64,000 nt of DNA from Squalus acanthias (Eukaryota), in contig CM059432.1 of the NCBI GenBank assembly GCA_030390025.1, forward strand, positions 35,342,001-35,406,000, written 5' to 3'. Both the position numbers and the translations under genes were made by a program. Positions 59,760 to 64,000 of the stretch are shown piece by piece; position 1 is the first letter of the stretch, and each line of letters opens with the position of its first letter. A model generated the notes under the pieces. That model saw only the letters and a list, made by a program, of their open reading frames with translations. It made no database searches and was not told the DNA's origin.

Positions 59760-62700
59760 GAGTGCAGATTTGGAATAGAGTGCTAAGCTGCGAGTTTGGT
59801 GAGTGAGGGAGTAACTCTTAAAGGTTAATCTCTTATTTTTATAAATTCTCGTCTTGTGTGCTTGCAATTAGCATTTAAATTTACTGTTTCAAGTTTTAAG
59901 TTTCTTCCAGGCTTGGGCAGGGCTAAGCAAGCTCTGTGCTGGAGAGCAGGTGATAGTAATTAATTAATTAACTGGTCTAATCGGGTTCTGTAACTGCCAG
60001 AGAGCTCACTTATTTAAATCTCAGCAGTATAAATAAGAGAGACCAGAGTGCAGTTTTGGAATAGAGTGCTAAGCTGCGAGTTTGGTGTGCCTTCCTTTTT
60101 CCATCTTTGTCAGGTTCCTGGTGTGGCGAGGCGGCGGCAAAGGGTTTAAAAGGCTCCAGAGACCAGGTAAGGCGGGACCAGTCTCCGAACTCGGAGAGAG
60201 GTAAAAATAATCGAGGTGTGACATCACCAGAAAGCAGGTAAGTAATTGGTTGGTGAGTATTTCTCTCTTTTTAAACTTAAACTCTGTGGATTGTAGTTAA
60301 TAAGGCCTTTCTGGTGCAGAGTGACGGTTGGTAAACCATTTAACTGGTGTAATTTAGAGGGATTGATTTAATTTAAATCCAATTAATTAGAGGGGATACT
60401 AGCGTCTATAATCGGGCAGAGTGTCCATAACTAACAATAAAAAATTTTAAAATTAATTACATAGAATGGAGCAGGTGATGTGTTACTGTTGCGAGATGTG
60501 GGAGCCGGTGGACCCCATTGAGGCTCACGGTGATTACATCTGTGACAAGTGTCTGCTGCTACAGGAACTCCAGCTCCGTATTGATGAGCTGGAGTCTGAG
60601 CTTCAGACACTGCGACACATCAGGGTGGGGGAGAAGTACCTGGACTTTGTGTTTCAGGAGGTGGTCACACCTATGAAGTTAATTAATTCAGATGTAGCCC
60701 ATGGTCAGGGACAGGACGGTGTGACTACGAGTGAGGCAGGTACGGGGATCCAGGAGGTAGTGTTGGAGGAGCCGCAGCCCTTGCTCTTGTCCAACAGGTT
60801 CGAGGTTCTTACTCCCTGTGGGGACAGGAGCAGGGAGGATGAGCAACCTGGCCACAGCACCGTGGAACGGGGGGCCATTCAAGAGGGGGTAGTAAATAGA
60901 AATGTTGTAGTGGTAGGGGATAGTATTATTAGGGGGATAGATAGAGTTCTCTGCAGCCGAGAGCGAGAGTCCCGTAGGCTGTGTTGCCTGCCCGGTTAAG
61001 GACATCTCCTCTGGGCTGGAAAGAAACTTGCAGTGGGAGGGGGTGGATCCAGTTGTCGTGGTCCATGTTGGTACAAACAACGTAGATAGGACAAGGAAGC
61101 AGGTTCTGTTAAAGGAGTATGAGCAGCTAGGGGTCAAATTAAAAAACAGAACCTCAAGGGTATTAATCTCTGGATTATTACCTGAGCCACGAGCGAATTT
61201 GGCTAGGACAAATAAAATTAGAGTTAAATGAGTGGCTCAAAGACTGGTGTGGGAGAAATGGGTTTTGCTTCCTGGGACACTGGCACCAGTACTGGGGCAG
61301 GAGGGAGCTGTTCCGTTGGGACGGGCTTCACTTGGCCAGTGCTGGGACTAGAGTCCTGGCGGATCATATAACTAGGGCTGTAGAGAGGGCTTTAAACTAA
61401 CTAGTGGGGGGAGGTTCCTAGAGAGCAAATAATAAAAATGACAACAGAGAAGGTCATAGACTTAGGTAGCAGTGGGGAAATTAAAAACCAGAGTGTGTCA
61501 GGAAGGGGCAGAAGGTATGGAGTAAAAGGTAAAGTAATAAAAAGGGCAAAAGCAGGAACTAAGTGTCACAAAATATATTTGAAAGTTCTCTATCTGAATG
61601 CACGTAGCATTCGTAACAAAATAGATGAGTTAATGGCACAAATAACTACATATGGGTATGATCTTGTGGCCATTACAGAAACATGGCTGCAGGGTGACAA
61701 TGCCTGGGAATTAAACATACCAGGTTATTTAACAATCAGGAAGGACAGGCAGGAAGGAAGGGGAGGTGGGCTAATAAGGGAACATCTTTAATTATGGGGG
61801 ATTTTAACTCTCATATTAATTGGACAAATCAAATTGGGCAGGGCTGCCTTGAAGATGAGTTCATTGAGTGTATTAGGGATGGGTTTCTTGAGCAGTATGT
61901 AACTAAACTGACCAGGGGGCAAGCAACCTTAGATCTGGTCCTGTGTAACGAGACAGGATTAATTAAAAATGTCCTAGTAAAGGATCCCCTTGGAATGAGT
62001 GACCATAACATGGTTGAATTCCATATTCAATTAGAGGGTGAGAAGGTTGGATCTCAAACAAGCGTGCTAAGCTTGAATAAAGGAGACTATGAAGGTATGC
62101 GAGCGGAATTGAGTGGAGTGGATTGGGAAAATAGATTAAAGGGTAAGACGATACATGATCAGTGGTGTACATTTAAGGAGTTATTTTACAACTTCCAAAA
62201 AATATATATTCCACTGAGAAGAAAAGGGTGTAAAAGAAAAGACAGTCATCCATGGCTAAGTAAAGAAATTAAGGATAATATTCGACTATAAGCCCTTGTT
62301 TTTAAGGTAGCAAAATCTAGTGGGAGGATAGAGGATTGGGAAAACTTTAAAAGACAGCAAAAAATAACAAAGATTGATTAAGAAAGGGAAGATAGATTAT
62401 GAAAGTAAATTAGCAAAAAATATAAAAACAGATAGTAAGAGTTTTTATAGTTATATAAAAAGAAAAAGGGTGGCTAAAGTAAATGTTGGTCCCTTAGAGG
62501 ATGAGACCAGGAAATTAATGGTGGGAAATATGGAGATGGCAAATACACTGAATGAATATTTTGTATCAGTCTTTACAGTAGAGGACACTAAGAATATCCC
62601 AACACTGGACAAACAGGGGGCTTATAGGGGGGGGGAGGAGCTAAACACGATCAAAATCACTAAGGAAGCGGTACTCGGTAAAATAATGGGACTCAAGGCG

Positions 62701-64000
62701 GATAAATCACCTGGACCTGATGGCTTACATCCTAGGGTCTTGAGGGAAGTGGCGGTAGGGACTGTGGATGCATTGGTAATTTTCCAAAACTCCCTGGACT
62801 CAGCAAAGATCCCGGCAGACTGGAAAACTGCTAATGTAACACCCTTATTTAAAAAGGGCAGTAGATAGAAGGCTGGAAACTATAGACCGGTTAGCCTAAC
62901 ATCTGTGGTAGGTAAAATTTGGGAGTCCATTATTGAGGAGACAGTAACGGGACATTTGGATAATCATAATTTAATAGGACAAAGTCAGCATGGTTTTATG
63001 AAGGGGAAGTCATGTTTGACAAATTTGCTGGAGTTCTTTGAGGAAGTAACACACAGGGTGGATAAAGGGGAACCAGTGGATGTGGTGTATTTAGACTTCC
63101 AAAAAGGCATTTGACAAGGTGCCACACAAGATTATTGCTTAAGATAAAAAATCACGGGATTGAGGGTAATATTCTGGCATGGATAGAGGATTGGCTATCT
63201 AACAGAAGGCAGAGAGTTGGGATAAATGGTTCATTCTCAGACTGGCAATCAGTAACTAGTGGTGTTCCGCAGGGGTCAGTGCTGGGTCCCCAACTCTTTA
63301 CAATCTATATTAACGATTTGGAGGAGGGGACCGAGTGTAACATATCAAAGTTTGCAGATGATACAAAGATGGGAGGGAAAGTAGTGAGTGAGGAGGACAT
63401 AAAAAATCTGCAAGGGGACATAGACAGGCTAAGTAAGTGGGCAGAGATTTGGCAGATGGAATACAATACTGGAAAGTGTGAGGTTATGCACTTTGGCAGG
63501 AAAAATAGTAGAGCAAGTTATTATCTTAATGGCAAGAAACTGGAAAGTACTGAAGTACAAAGGGATCTGGGGGTCCTGGTGCAGGAAACTCAAAAGGTTA
63601 GTATGCAGGTGCAGCAAGTGATTAAGAAGGCCAATGGAATGTTGGCTTTCATTGCTAAGGGGATAGAATATAAAAATAGGGAGGTATTGCTTCAGTTGTA
63701 CAAGGTATTGGTGAGACCGCACCTGGAATACTGCATACAGTTTTGGTGTCCATACTTAAGAAAAGACATACTTGCTCTCGAGTCAGTACAAAGAAGGTTC
63801 ACTCGGTTAATCCCGGGGATGAGGGGATGGACATATGAGGAGAGGTTGGGTAGATTGGGACTATACTCATTGGAGTTCAGAAGAATGAGAGCCGATCTTA
63901 TTGAAACATATAAGATTGTGAAGGGGTTGGATCGGGTGGATGCGGGGAGGATGTTCCCGATGGGTGAAACTAGAACTAGGGGGCATAGTCTTAGAATAAG
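59760..64000 (+). mobile_element. Near full-length CR1 LINE (5'UTR, ORF1, ORF2), inactivated, runs off the window
   Basis: ORF1 from 60466: CxxC...CxxC, leucine zipper, esterase motifs VVGDSIIRG, CLPG, VHVGTNN. ORF2: YLNARSI, ITETWL, GDFN, KFADDTK. Stops, frameshifts and an APE deletion near 61775. Confidence 0.95.

Overview
Repeat-dense vertebrate genomic DNA, most likely a cartilaginous fish (HE1-like V-SINE, SacSINE1-like DeuSINEs, CR1, L2, RTE and Penelope-like elements). Two host genes lie on the minus strand, rebuilt here from GT-AG junctions and reading-frame phase. TBRG4/FASTKD4 has its complete CDS in 10 coding exons (31106 to 7817, 1905 nt, 634 aa) and a putative first exon and CpG/E-box promoter near 47.6-47.85 kb. 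CCDC12 contributes its last three coding exons (56400 to 53993). The rest is mostly decayed or nested mobile DNA and tandem repeats. Most interesting: (1) a LINE family that seems to lack ORF1, has a tRNA-like A/B-box head and has no TTTT on its sense strand, with SINE-like internal-deletion derivatives; (2) palindromic Penelope-derived inserts carrying complete minimal hammerhead ribozyme motifs inside TBRG4 introns; (3) a twin-priming-type inversion in an RTE element; (4) tandem splice donors that could switch TBRG4 between a uORF and an N-terminal extension. Gene and repeat family names come from recognition, not database searches, and TE boundaries are approximate.
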